In this document: piece after piece, positions 31,053 through 41,551 of the stretch
Position numbering within the stretch: position 1 is the stretch's first letter
Layout: every line of letters begins with the position of its first letter
Assembly (NCBI GenBank): GCA_050251945.1
Contig: JBFWLW010000001.1
Location: forward strand, 64,001 to 128,000
Direction of reading: 5' to 3'
Origin: Deferribacterales bacterium
GTDB taxonomy: Bacteria > Chrysiogenota > Deferribacteres > Deferribacterales > Geovibrionaceae
DNA length: 64,000 bases
Position numbers and translations under genes: made by a program
Notes under the pieces: generated by a model
What the model saw: only the letters and a program-made list of their open reading frames with translations
Database searches by the model: none
What the model was told of the DNA's origin: nothing

Positions 31053-31172
31053 AAGGCACATCAGTACATGTTGCCAGAATCTCCCGCATGTGATAAAACT
31101 ATGTAATTGCGGGTGTTACGGATGATCGTATCCGTGGGTTTTGGAAGAACGGTTTAATTAACGGAGTCGGAA

Positions 31173-31469
31173 ATGGAAATAAAGGTTATCGACAACCACA
31201 CGGTTGAAATTCTCGGGAATATCAAGTCACTGGACCACTACAATGAGATTAAGATGACAATTCAGCAGCTCATCAGTAATGGAACAAAGAATCTTACTGT
31301 TAATGTTAAAGATTCTCTTTCTATGGTCTCTTCCGTTATCGGTTTTTTTATTAAAATTATAAACGTGGACGGCGTTTCTCTTAATGTGAACGTATGGGAC
31401 GAAAGGCTTTATGCTCTGCTCGACCAGCTCAGCCTTATTGAGCTTTTCCACGTCAGACAAATTAAATAA
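31173..31469 (+). CDS. small STAS-like hypothetical protein
   Basis: GGAG RBS; MVSSVIGFF pattern resembles the anti-sigma-antagonist phosphoserine region. Confidence 0.6.
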   Translation: MEIKVIDNHTVEILGNIKSLDHYNEIKMTIQQLISNGTKNLTVNVKDSLSMVSSVIGFFIKIINVDGVSLNVNVWDERLYALLDQLSLIELFHVRQIK

Positions 31470-31474
31470 TCCCA

Positions 31475-31500
31475 AAGGGGAGGGTGACCTCCCCTTTTCT
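31475..31500 (+). terminator. intrinsic terminator
   Basis: aaggggagg-gtga-cctcccctttt. Confidence 0.75.
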
Positions 31501-31532
31501 TTTTCATTTCTTCAATTTTATCAGAGGTAAAA

Positions 31533-33365
31533 GTGTTAAGTGTTGAGAATTTGTCCAAAGGCTATGGTCCGAGGACGCTATTTAAAGATATCAGTTTCAG
31601 AGTAAATTCAGGAGAACGCGTCGGGCTTGTGGGGCGCAACGGACATGGCAAGACCACGCTGATGCGCATACTTACGGGCGAACAGGAACAGGACGACGGT
31701 ACCATTAGTGTGCCGAGGAACTATACGCTCGGTTATCTTAAACAGGTAATAGACTTTAAACATAAAACCGCGCGGGACGAGGCGGCTTCGGGACTTAAAG
31801 AGGCGGAGCGCGACGACGTGTGGAAGGCGGATAAGATACTTTCCGGTCTGGGCTTTTCCGACGATGATATGGAAAAATCCCCCAATGAGTTTTCAGGCGA
31901 TTATCAGGTGCGTTTGAATCTTGCTAAACTCCTTCTGTCTGAACCTGATATGCTCCTTCTGGACGAACCGACCAACTACCTGGACATTACGTCTATACGC
32001 TGGCTGGAACAGTTCCTTATAAAGTGGAAGGGCGAGCTGATGCTTATCACCCACGACAGGGCATTTATGGACAGGGTCGTTACGCATACCCTTGGCATAC
32101 ACCGACAGCAGGTTCGCAAAATAAAAGGCGATACCGGCAAGTTTTACGAGCAGATTGCCATGGACGAGGAAATTTACGAAAAGACACGTCAGAACGAAGA
32201 GTTGAAACGCAAAGAGGTTGAGCGCTTTGTTGAGCGTTTCAAGTCAAAGGCGAGCCTCGCCAGCCGCGTTCAGTCACGTGTTAAGATGCTTGAGAAGATG
32301 GCGAAAAAGGACAAACTGGACGATATTGAAGACCTTGAGTTCTGTTTCAATTACAGTGATATACGCGCCAAAGAGCTTATAAACGTCAGAGAAATAAGTT
32401 TCGGGTACGATAAATCGAATCCGCTGATAAAGAATTTCAGTATAACGATAGGTTCTAACGAAAAGATATGTATAATAGGTAAGAACGGAAAGGGTAAAAC
32501 CACACTTCTGAAAATGCTGTGCGGGATATCCGAGCCTGACAGCGGCGAGATATCGTGCCATGCGCAGCTTAAGCCCGCCGTTTATGAACAGACAAACGTG
32601 CAGAGACTGGGGCTCAACAACACCATTGAGCAGGAGCTCATAGAGGTTGACCCGGTTGTGGACAGGCAGAAAGCGAGAGATGCGGCTGGAACGATGATGT
32701 TTTCAGGCGACGACGCGCTGAAAAAGATATCCGTTCTGTCGGGAGGAGAGAAGAGCCGTGTTATGCTGGCGAAAGCTATCCTGCAGCCAGCGAACATACT
32801 GTTTCTCGATGAACCGACCAACCATTTGGATATGCAGTCGTGTGATTCTCTGCTGGAAGCAATTGACCAGTTCAAGGGAACAGTTGTTATGGTTACCCAC
32901 AACGAGATGTTCCTTAACGCCATAGCAGAACGCCTGATAGTTTTCCGCAACGACACCATAGAGGTTTTTGAGGGCGGATATGAGGAGTTTCTTGAGAAAG
33001 TCGGCTGGGGCGAGGAGTTTTCCGACAAACCGGCGGCACAGGTTTCTTCCAACAGTAAAAAGGAACAAAGAAAACTTCGCTCAGAAATTGTTGCGGAGAA
33101 AGGGAAAGTTCTTAAACCCATTCAGGAACGCCACGACAGGCTCGAAAAAGATATTGCATTTATTGAGAATAAGATAGAGATTTTAAACAAGGAGCTTATT
33201 AAAGCTTCGTCCGGCGGCGACCCGATGGAGATCGCAAGGCTTTCAAAGGAACTGGACGAGGCGAAAAAGAGCGTTGACGATATGCTGGAAGAGTTTCTGG
33301 AGACTGCCGAACAGCTTGAGACACTCACAGCACAGTACGAGGAAAAATTAAATCAGCTCGGCTGA
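31533..33365 (+). CDS. ABC-F family ATPase
   Basis: Two ABC domains (GRNGHGKT, GKNGKGKT, LLLDEPTN, LSGGEK), no TM segments, C-terminal coiled coil. Confidence 0.92.
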   Translation: MLSVENLSKGYGPRTLFKDISFRVNSGERVGLVGRNGHGKTTLMRILTGEQEQDDGTISVPRNYTLGYLKQVIDFKHKTARDEAASGLKEAERDDVWKADKILSGLGFSDDDMEKSPNEFSGDYQVRLNLAKLLLSEPDMLLLDEPTNYLDITSIRWLEQFLIKWKGELMLITHDRAFMDRVVTHTLGIHRQQVRKIKGDTGKFYEQIAMDEEIYEKTRQNEELKRKEVERFVERFKSKASLASRVQSRVKMLEKMAKKDKLDDIEDLEFCFNYSDIRAKELINVREISFGYDKSNPLIKNFSITIGSNEKICIIGKNGKGKTTLLKMLCGISEPDSGEISCHAQLKPAVYEQTNVQRLGLNNTIEQELIEVDPVVDRQKARDAAGTMMFSGDDALKKISVLSGGEKSRVMLAKAILQPANILFLDEPTNHLDMQSCDSLLEAIDQFKGTVVMVTHNEMFLNAIAERLIVFRNDTIEVFEGGYEEFLEKVGWGEEFSDKPAAQVSSNSKKEQRKLRSEIVAEKGKVLKPIQERHDRLEKDIAFIENKIEILNKELIKASSGGDPMEIARLSKELDEAKKSVDDMLEEFLETAEQLETLTAQYEEKLNQLG

Positions 33366-33378
33366 AACGGAGGATAAA

Positions 33379-33654
33379 ATGGCTGACATTAAAGACCTTT
33401 TTTATCTGGGGCTCGGTTCCGCACTCATTGCCAAAGAGAAGATAGAAGACGAGATCAAAGCGCTTGTCGAAAAGGGCAAGATAACAAAAGAACAACAGGT
33501 CGAATTTCTAGCAGAGGCAAGGAAGAAAGCGAAAGAGGAAGAGAAAGAGTTCAGCGAGAAGTTCAAAAAAGTTGTTAAAGATGCTCTGTCCGAAATGGGG
33601 CTTGCCACCAAAGAGGATATTGAAGAGCTGAAAAAGATGATAAACGAAAAATAA
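33379..33654 (+). CDS. phasin-like small protein
   Basis: LFYLGLG..LVEKGKI..LATKEDIEEL pattern; precedes an ABC1 kinase. Confidence 0.7.
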   Translation: MADIKDLFYLGLGSALIAKEKIEDEIKALVEKGKITKEQQVEFLAEARKKAKEEEKEFSEKFKKVVKDALSEMGLATKEDIEELKKMINEK

Positions 33655-33655
33655 T

Positions 33656-35212
33656 TTGCGAAATTTCATCAGATACTATTCGCCGGTCAGGGTATACCAT
33701 GTTTTCAGGGTTATCCTGACCGTTTTTCTGATAATCAGAGGCAGCAAAAGCTTTCTGTTCGTAAAACCGTTGCCGCCTGAAAAGCTTAAAAGCAAAATCA
33801 ACAGTCTGGGTGCGAGCTTTATAAAGCTTGCGCAGGTTCTTGCCACCAGAGCGGATTTTTTCCCTGATAGCTATCTTTTTTATCTGCGCCAGCTCCACGA
33901 CGAGATTTCACCGATGTCCAAAAGCGACTTTGAAAAGATATACGAGCGGGCTTTCGGCGGGCGTGTATGCTTCAAGGAGTTCGATAAAAAACCGATAGCC
34001 AGCGCATCCATCGGTCAGGTGCATAAGGCTAAGCTCATAGATGGCACAGAGGTGGCTGTTAAACTGCGCAGATACGACATAGAGAATGTTATCCGTGCGG
34101 ATATTAACATCCTTGCGTTCTTCCAGAAGCTGTTCAAACCTATGTTTTCTGAAAATACAAAAAACTCTCTGGAATCGGTCATCTCTGAATTCAGCAGGAT
34201 GATAATGAAAGAGGTTGACCTCAATATTGAGATGCTGAACCTCCAGAAGTTTCATGACCTTTATCCCGACAACGGAGTAAGGTTTCCGATAGGATATCCT
34301 GAATGTTCGTGTGCCGATGCGATGGTGATGTCGTTTGAACGGGGATACAGATTTGACGATAAGGAAAATCTGAAAAAGTTGAATATAAGCTTTGAAAAGC
34401 TTATGGCAAAACTGGTGAACTTCTATGTTGATCAGTCATTTATAAAAGGTTTTTTTCATGCCGACCCGCATCCGGGCAATCTGCTTGTGACGGAGGAGGG
34501 CGAACTCATCCTTCTTGATTTCGGCATGGTTCAGAGAATTCCGTCGAAGACCAGACAGAATATCATATCGCTTGTTAAGGCGGCAAATGAAAGGGACTTT
34601 GAAGAATATATAAAGTGCGCGAAAAAGCTTGGCATTATCTCTATAGACGCTCCTGAGTTTGGATTGCAGGATCTTGCGGAGCAGGTGTTCGACATCCTCG
34701 ACAACAACGCTCTGTCGGCACAGAGTATGCAGTCGCTGGCATACGCGCTGATGGATTCACTGAAATCTGTGCCGTACAAACTGCCGCAGGAGGCAGTTTA
34801 TCTTATGCGAATGAGTTCCATCATTGAGGGGCTTGGCACTAACTATATACATAACTTTAACGGTATCAAAGATATACTGCCTATTCTGAAAGACAGGATG
34901 CCGGAGGCGCTTGGATTTACCGACGGGTTGTGGGAGACTGCAAAACGCGAGACAATTGAGCTTCCGCTTACACTGAAAAAGATTAAGAAAGTCGTTAACG
35001 ACCTCAGCGGCAATAACCTTGAGGTTCGCATATCCCCCGACGATAAGGAGGCTTTGAAGCTGGCGCTGAAAAAATATCTGCGCCCGATCTTCGCCGGAAT
35101 ACTGCTGATCGTAACTGCTTTCTTCGTTCAGGGTTCACAGCTGCCACACCACGAATATTTTTCATACATCCTGTATTTCGCAGGCATGCTTAAAATCACC
35201 TTTTCCGTTTAG
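33656..35212 (+). CDS. ABC1/UbiB/AarF family kinase
   Basis: FIKLAQ, PIASASIGQVH, VAVK, FFHADPHPGN, LDFG. Confidence 0.92.
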   Translation: MRNFIRYYSPVRVYHVFRVILTVFLIIRGSKSFLFVKPLPPEKLKSKINSLGASFIKLAQVLATRADFFPDSYLFYLRQLHDEISPMSKSDFEKIYERAFGGRVCFKEFDKKPIASASIGQVHKAKLIDGTEVAVKLRRYDIENVIRADINILAFFQKLFKPMFSENTKNSLESVISEFSRMIMKEVDLNIEMLNLQKFHDLYPDNGVRFPIGYPECSCADAMVMSFERGYRFDDKENLKKLNISFEKLMAKLVNFYVDQSFIKGFFHADPHPGNLLVTEEGELILLDFGMVQRIPSKTRQNIISLVKAANERDFEEYIKCAKKLGIISIDAPEFGLQDLAEQVFDILDNNALSAQSMQSLAYALMDSLKSVPYKLPQEAVYLMRMSSIIEGLGTNYIHNFNGIKDILPILKDRMPEALGFTDGLWETAKRETIELPLTLKKIKKVVNDLSGNNLEVRISPDDKEALKLALKKYLRPIFAGILLIVTAFFVQGSQLPHHEYFSYILYFAGMLKITFSV

Positions 35213-36030
35213 TAACTTATTGTCATCCCTGCTTTTGTGAAAATCACTTTGTCACCCAGTGCCGATTTGATGGCAAAAGATGCGTCAATTCCAGTGCAGT
35301 GTCCTGTTGCGATGGTTCCTATATCCTCCGCCTGAAGAACAGCTATAACCTTTTGGGTATATGAGCTTTCTGAGCGGAACAGGTGCAGTCCGCCTGTCAG
35401 CGAGAGTATTTTTGTATACGGAAACAGTTTTTTTGCAAAATTGATAAGGTTTTCCGGTCCGCAGTGGGTGCAGCCGGTTACGATGTGTATTCCTTCATCT
35501 TCGCGGACGATCAGAAACTGTTCGTCACGGAATTTGTCTTTTGCCGTTATGCCGTCGATTTCCGCAAACAGTTTGCCGTCTGAGTCAAATTCAACTGTTC
35601 TTTCTATGGTGCCGGATAGGAAAATGTCTGGAAATATTTCTGTCATGCCTTTATTCAGATGCAGTTTAAATCTGCGTTCAATATCTCCTCTGGTGCCGCC
35701 GAATCCGATAAAGTCATAGGTGGTCTTGCCGTTGTCCAGTTTGAGGTGGTTTTCAAATATGTATTTTGAGGCGTAGATGTCGCCGGAAATTTCCGCACAT
35801 TCGGCAATATGCTTTGAAAGTCCGCCGGTGTGGTCGTAATGACCGTGGGAAAGGGCTATACAGTCTGCATTTTCTATACCGAGCTGCTTAACGTTATTTA
35901 TGAATCCGTCACCCTGTCCGGTGTCAAACAGGACTGTTTTACCTTTCGCTGTTATAAGGCAGGAAAAGCCGTGTTCCGCCAGAAGTCCTGTGCTGTCAAC
36001 ATAGTTATCTGTTATTATTCTTATTTCCAT
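35209..36030 (-). CDS. MBL-fold metallo-hydrolase
   Basis: EHGFS, LFDTG, SHGHYDHTGG, GCTH, GGLHL, GHCTG. Confidence 0.88.
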   Translation of the reverse strand: MEIRIITDNYVDSTGLLAEHGFSCLITAKGKTVLFDTGQGDGFINNVKQLGIENADCIALSHGHYDHTGGLSKHIAECAEISGDIYASKYIFENHLKLDNGKTTYDFIGFGGTRGDIERRFKLHLNKGMTEIFPDIFLSGTIERTVEFDSDGKLFAEIDGITAKDKFRDEQFLIVREDEGIHIVTGCTHCGPENLINFAKKLFPYTKILSLTGGLHLFRSESSYTQKVIAVLQAEDIGTIATGHCTGIDASFAIKSALGDKVIFTKAGMTISY

Positions 36031-36065
36031 TGAAAATCTTAGCATAATTTAATCAGGATGGGAAA

Positions 36066-36471
36066 AGGTTTCAGGATGAAACCCGCGAAGAGAGAAACCG
36101 AGTATTCGGTTGAACGAGCGAAACGTGAGCGGAGGAAGGCTCTGCCGACCACTAGAGCGTACTCCATAATAGATAACGCATCTTAGAAAAAATATCAAAA
36201 TCAAATCAAATCAAATCAAATGAGATCGCTTCGTCGCTGAAGCTTCTCGCGAAGACTTTTATTTCTACCAGTCCTGCGAACCCTGCAGGGGTGAAGCAGT
36301 CTCACCCTGATAGTACGCAATACTATTTATGAGATATGTTCTTGCCGCAGGCTGAATGAGTCGAAATATTGCTATTTACCTTACGGAGCGTTGAGAAATT
36401 TTTTAGCTGGCTATGAACAGAAACATTTGCATAGTTTAGTGCAAATGTTTTGTCCATGGATGGGAAAATTT
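36066..36471 (-). repeat. family B element, copy 3, expanded by nested inserts
   Basis: Minus strand aaattttcc-CATCCATG ... CTCAACGCTC ... GTCGGCAGAGCC..GCTCACG ... gggttt-CATCCTG-aaacc. Confidence 0.7.
36222..36303. repeat. family A doublet nested in B copy 3
   Basis: gagatcgcttcgtcgc..tcgcgaagac / gtcctgcgaaccctgcaggggtgaagcagtctc. Confidence 0.75.
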
Positions 36472-36482
36472 CTATGTTAAAT

Positions 36483-36513
36483 AAAAAAAAGCGGACAGTA
36501 ATGTCCGCTTTTT
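36483..36513 (-). terminator. terminator after glnA
   Basis: aaaaaaaagcggaca-gtaa-tgtccgcttttt. Confidence 0.8.
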
Positions 36514-36535
36514 AATATTTTTTTCGATTGGCTTA

Positions 36536-37945
36536 TTAAGCGTCGAAGTAGAGTTTGAACTCGTAAGGGTGAGGTCTGCTGTCGATAGCAGATATCTCGT
36601 TTGCTCTCTTGTACTCGATCCAGCTTGAGATAACGTCTTCAGTGAAAACATCGCCTTTAAGAAGGAAGTCGTGGTCTTTCTCAAGAGCGTTGATAGACTG
36701 AGAAAGAGAAGAAGGCATTTGGGGAATTGCAGACAGCTCGATAGGATCGAGGTCATACAGGTTTTTATCCATAGGCTCGCCCGGATCAATTTTGTTCTGG
36801 ATACCGTCAAGACCTGCAAGCAGCATAACGGAGAACGCAAGATAGGGGTTGCAAAGAGCATCGGGGAATCTGATCTCAATACGTTTGGCCTTGGGAGAGG
36901 GAGAGTACATCGGGATTCTGATGGAAGCTGATCTGTTTCTTGAAGAGTAAGCCAGAGAAACGGGAGCTTCAAATCCGGGTACAAGTCTTTTGTATGAGTT
37001 AGTTGTAGGGTTTGTAAATGCAGCGATGGTATGAGCGTGTTTGATGATACCACCGATGTAGTAAAGAGCCATTTCGCTCATTCCTGCATACTGCTCACCG
37101 GCGAAAAGAGGTTTGCCGTCTTTCCAGAGTGACTGGTGAACGTGCATACCGGAACCGTTGTCGCCGTGGAGAGGTTTAGGCATGAAAGTGGCTGTCTGAC
37201 CGTGAGCTTTCGCAACGTTTCTTACAACGTATTTGTAAGTCATAAGCTGGTCAGCCATTTTAAGCATGTTTTCAAATTTCATATCGATTTCGCACTGACC
37301 GCCAGTTGCAACTTCGTGGTGAGAGTTTTCGATAACGAGACCGAGTGACTCCATAGTCATAACCATTTCGTTACGAACGTCCCACAGAGAGTCAACGGGG
37401 GGAGCGGGGAAATATCCGCCTTTGTTAGCTACTTTGTAGCCAAGGTTTTTGCCTTCTGCGCCTGTGTTCCAGTCGCCTTCTTCAGAATCAATGAAGAAGT
37501 AGCCTGTGTTTCTTGTATAGTCGAACTGAATGTTGTCGAACAGGAAGAACTCTGCTTCGGGTCCGAAGTATGCAGTATCAGCGATACCTGTAGACTGAAG
37601 GTATTTAACAGCTTTTTTAGCTATGTTTCTTGGGTCTCTTGAGTAGGGTTCCTTGCTGATCGGGTCGAAAATGTTGCAGATCATGTAAAGGATAGGAAGC
37701 TCTGCAAAGGGATCAATCTTAGCAGTTGAGGGATCGGGAACCATGATCATGTCTGAGTTATTGATTGCCTGCCAGCCGCGGATGGAAGAACCGTCGAAGC
37801 CCATTCCGTTTTCAAAGAAGTCTTCATCAACCATATGTGCGGGGATAGTGGTATGCTGCCATGTGCCGATGAAGTCAACAAACTTCATATCGACCATTTT
37901 GATACCGTTTTCTTTAATCATCTTGAGAACATCTTTCGGTGTCAT
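36536..37945 (-). CDS. glnA: glutamine synthetase type I
   Basis: [43 protein letters not shown]. Confidence 0.98.
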   Translation of the reverse strand: MTPKDVLKMIKENGIKMVDMKFVDFIGTWQHTTIPAHMVDEDFFENGMGFDGSSIRGWQAINNSDMIMVPDPSTAKIDPFAELPILYMICNIFDPISKEPYSRDPRNIAKKAVKYLQSTGIADTAYFGPEAEFFLFDNIQFDYTRNTGYFFIDSEEGDWNTGAEGKNLGYKVANKGGYFPAPPVDSLWDVRNEMVMTMESLGLVIENSHHEVATGGQCEIDMKFENMLKMADQLMTYKYVVRNVAKAHGQTATFMPKPLHGDNGSGMHVHQSLWKDGKPLFAGEQYAGMSEMALYYIGGIIKHAHTIAAFTNPTTNSYKRLVPGFEAPVSLAYSSRNRSASIRIPMYSPSPKAKRIEIRFPDALCNPYLAFSVMLLAGLDGIQNKIDPGEPMDKNLYDLDPIELSAIPQMPSSLSQSINALEKDHDFLLKGDVFTEDVISSWIEYKRANEISAIDSRPHPYEFKLYFDA

Positions 37946-37975
37946 ATTGCCTCCTGGGAATATATATGCTTGGGA

Positions 37976-38428
<453 letters not shown>

Positions 38429-38439
38429 TCAGTATCTGT

Positions 38440-39114
38440 CTATTTCTTGACCATGACAGACTTTATCAGCTCAATTCTGGTTGCTATATCATCCGCATTT
38501 TCACCCTGTTTTATGCGGGCGTTTTTAATAATTATCAGGTCTCTAAGTAAGTTAAGGCTCCATCCGTGATATTTGTCGATATCGAGAGCCTTTTCGGCAA
38601 GCTCTTCGGAGCGTTTCGGATTGTCTATTATATAGTCAACGGCTGCTTTTCTCAACAGTCTTGTTTTTGTAACATCATCAAACTTTGAGTCGGTCGCTAT
38701 GTATGCCAGTTTTTCCCTGTCCGTACCCTCAATGCTTCTGAAAGGTTCCGGCAGTTTGTTGCCGTCATATTTCTGCCCTGCGAGATAGAGAACGCTCTGC
38801 TGCTCCTCTTCGCATGCGCCGAGGTCTGCATACTTCTTAGCCAGTTCCAGAACTGCGGGGTCTTCCTCTCCCTCTTCGAGAACGTATCTGCCCAGATATA
38901 TCCTTGAGAGGTTGCAGAGAGAATCGACCTTTCTGAACTGCGCCTCCGCTTTATAAAAATAGCTTTCGGCGACTTTCGGTTCGCCTTTCAGGTAGTTTTC
39001 CATATATACGTTAAAGAATCTGCTGCCGTAAAGGAAATCCGGCGAACTTTGGGGTTTGCCTGCGCATGAATACAGCAGGACTGCGGTCGTTAATATAATG
39101 ATAAGGTTTCTCAC
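38440..39114 (-). CDS. lipoprotein in Mce/Mla operon
   Basis: LYSC lipobox; overlaps the mlaD-like stop. Confidence 0.75.
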   Translation of the reverse strand: MRNLIIILTTAVLLYSCAGKPQSSPDFLYGSRFFNVYMENYLKGEPKVAESYFYKAEAQFRKVDSLCNLSRIYLGRYVLEEGEEDPAVLELAKKYADLGACEEEQQSVLYLAGQKYDGNKLPEPFRSIEGTDREKLAYIATDSKFDDVTKTRLLRKAAVDYIIDNPKRSEELAEKALDIDKYHGWSLNLLRDLIIIKNARIKQGENADDIATRIELIKSVMVKK

Positions 39115-40139
39115 GGCAGTTTTACCTTCTCTCCCGCTTTTCTTGAAGTGGAGCTGTTAAACGGCCATTTTTCCTCAAGATTCAGGAGTATTCTGTTGGA
39201 TGTGTTCATTATATCGTCCGTCTGCTGGCGCAGATCCTTCAGATTTGTTGTGGTTTCAGACACATCCGTGGATATTTTGTTTGCGTTTTCCACTGTCTTC
39301 TGGAGTTTTGTGACAGTGCTGTCTATGTTTCGCGCCAGTTTGCCAATGTCCTCGGCTCCGTCCTTGATGGCGAGGATACCCTTGTCAAGATCGGCTATGG
39401 CGGGTTTTGTTTCCGTAACGCGGTCGTTAACGCCGTCAACGGCTGTATCGACCTTGTTTGTTATCTCTATGAGATTATCCTGGGTTATGGCGAGTCTGTT
39501 CATGATCGCCTCAACTTCGTTCTTAAGATAATCAGACCGGGTGAGGAAGCCCACTGAACCCTCTTTTTTAGATACGTCACCGCCGAAATCCCCAAGCCCC
39601 TGCATGAGGTCTTCGATACTCTGTCTCTTGCCGGCAACGGATGTTGTGACCTTGTCAACATTCTCAAGTATGTTTTTAACGTTGTCCAGCATGGGTTCAA
39701 ACTTCTTTATGATGTCGGCTATCGCCTGTTCTCTGGTCAGTTTATATGTTTGTCCGTCGTCAATATCGTTCTTTGAATCAATTCCGCCGGAAAGCACGAT
39801 TGCATTGGCTCCTATGACTCCCTGCGCCTGTATTTTTGCCTGAGATTCAGGCTTAACCCACTTTTTGTAGCGTACAGGTATTTTTGCTTTTAATTCCACA
39901 AAACCGTCGTCCCTGAGTTCAACGCTGTAAACTTTAGCCAACTGAAAGCCGGAATACATAACGGGCATGCTTTTTGTGAGCCCTTCGCCGGATTCCGATA
40001 TGAAAACGACCTTGACCTTGGAGGTGAAAAAGTTCTGCGTTATAAGAAATCCCGTGAGGAAAGCAAAAGACAGTACGAGGGCTACGAAAATGAAAAGCCC
40101 TACTTTGAATTCGATGTTTTTAAATCGCGGGTCACCCAT
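39111..40139 (-). CDS. MlaD/MCE family protein
   Basis: KVGLFI TM, GL..SMPVMYSG..LAKV MCE motif, long helical tail. Confidence 0.88.
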   Translation of the reverse strand: MGDPRFKNIEFKVGLFIFVALVLSFAFLTGFLITQNFFTSKVKVVFISESGEGLTKSMPVMYSGFQLAKVYSVELRDDGFVELKAKIPVRYKKWVKPESQAKIQAQGVIGANAIVLSGGIDSKNDIDDGQTYKLTREQAIADIIKKFEPMLDNVKNILENVDKVTTSVAGKRQSIEDLMQGLGDFGGDVSKKEGSVGFLTRSDYLKNEVEAIMNRLAITQDNLIEITNKVDTAVDGVNDRVTETKPAIADLDKGILAIKDGAEDIGKLARNIDSTVTKLQKTVENANKISTDVSETTTNLKDLRQQTDDIMNTSNRILLNLEEKWPFNSSTSRKAGEKVKLP

Positions 40140-40627
40140 GTGTCAAAATCCTTCTCTGTATAATCCTGCATATCGTTAAACAGGTGTCTGTGGTTTTCAT
40201 GGTCTATGATAACCGATTTTTTTAAATCTTCACAGCGTAAAAATTGGTGAAATTTCTCTTCATATTCTGCGATGTACATTCTTCTCGGGCTGAAAAATAC
40301 GATCCATTCCGCACGAAGATATTTTACCTGTAAATATTTGACAATCATCTTCTGGTAATCGTTCAGCTGGTTGTTCCGGAAGTGCATGATATCGTTCAGT
40401 CCGAAGGTTTCAATATCTTTTGATACTACATCCATTGCGTCCTGATAAGTTATTTTATGATGATATGTCAGCGGCAGAAGAATATTCTCTATCACCGACA
40501 GATTGCCTATGATTGGAAAAAAAGAGGACACAAGACCGATCCGCTTATTTTCTACAATATCCATAAGGGTTTTAAGCCACTCTTTCATCTGGTCTTCTGA
40601 TTTATAATATATGAGATAGTTATTCAT
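40100..40627 (-). CDS. degenerate MlaF-like ABC ATPase subunit
   Basis: IGLVS..PIIGNLSVIENILLPL retained; no Walker A; signature and Walker B degenerate. Confidence 0.6.
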   Translation of the reverse strand: MNNYLIYYKSEDQMKEWLKTLMDIVENKRIGLVSSFFPIIGNLSVIENILLPLTYHHKITYQDAMDVVSKDIETFGLNDIMHFRNNQLNDYQKMIVKYLQVKYLRAEWIVFFSPRRMYIAEYEEKFHQFLRCEDLKKSVIIDHENHRHLFNDMQDYTEKDFDTWVTRDLKTSNSK

Positions 40628-41400
40628 ATGAACGTTCCTACTACTTCAACAATTATAATTGCATAAAAGAGACGCTGCATACCTCTTAAAAGTGATATTG
40701 GAATTTCCGTGACAGCATTTCCCGTTTCCAGAGCAGTGTATATCGGTATGGACATTAAAAAATATCCGCCGAGGGCAACTTTTATAAAAAATGCCAATAG
40801 TGTATCGACCGTAAAGGCGTCAAAGATTGTACCTATCAGGAAATCAAATGATATATTAAGATTAAAACTAAGTATAAGATATCCGCCTATTATGGCAATG
40901 TATATAAAAATTACCGAAAGAACGGACAGACACACTATGCCAGAAACTATCCTTGGCACATATAGATATACAAAAGGGTTTATTGATAGCGATTTAAGGG
41001 TGTCGATCTCGCTGTTCATTTTCATTAGTGCTATTTCAGCCGTTACTGCGGTTGAGGATCTGAGTGTGAGAAGTATCATTGTAACAAGTGGTGCAAGGTG
41101 TTTGATCGTAATGGTCACAAGTACCGACCCGACGGCATCCTGCGCGCCGAACTGAACCATGAAAGGGGTGAGCCCGCCGACAAGAGTGAGACCTATCGCA
41201 ACGGAAACTAATGAAAACATGGGGAGTATCTGAACCCCCGTGAAATATATCTGACGAAGAAACACAAGCTGCACAGAGGGATAGAATATGTGGGGATTAA
41301 AACACCCTTTGAAAAACGAAACAGTAAAGGCAAAGTATCCGATGAAGAATTGTATCGACGCGATAGCCTTCTGTCCCAGCGCTGTTATGAGTCTTTTCAT
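40624..41400 (-). CDS. MlaE-family ABC permease
   Basis: RQIYFTGVQ, LAPL, RSSTAVTAEIALMK..EID.L, PRI. Confidence 0.9.
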   Translation of the reverse strand: MKRLITALGQKAIASIQFFIGYFAFTVSFFKGCFNPHIFYPSVQLVFLRQIYFTGVQILPMFSLVSVAIGLTLVGGLTPFMVQFGAQDAVGSVLVTITIKHLAPLVTMILLTLRSSTAVTAEIALMKMNSEIDTLKSLSINPFVYLYVPRIVSGIVCLSVLSVIFIYIAIIGGYLILSFNLNISFDFLIGTIFDAFTVDTLLAFFIKVALGGYFLMSIPIYTALETGNAVTEIPISLLRGMQRLFYAIIIVEVVGTFI

Positions 41401-41551
41401 AAAAAAGATTATATATCATTCTTTTGCCGAATGGAATAAGAAATCTAGTTGACGACGATATTGAAAAAATGTATAGTAAAACAGCCTTTTAACTTTTAAT
41501 TACATCGAATAAGTTTAGAACTTATTTTTAATTATTACAGGAGTGAATGGT

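Noticed and set aside
31080..31140. Two small hairpins upstream of the STAS-like gene as a riboswitch
   Set aside because: No conserved motif of any riboswitch class I recognise
36195..36220. (TCAAA)5 microsatellite as a phase-variation switch
   Set aside because: Lies inside the nested repeat region, not in a CDS or an identifiable promoter
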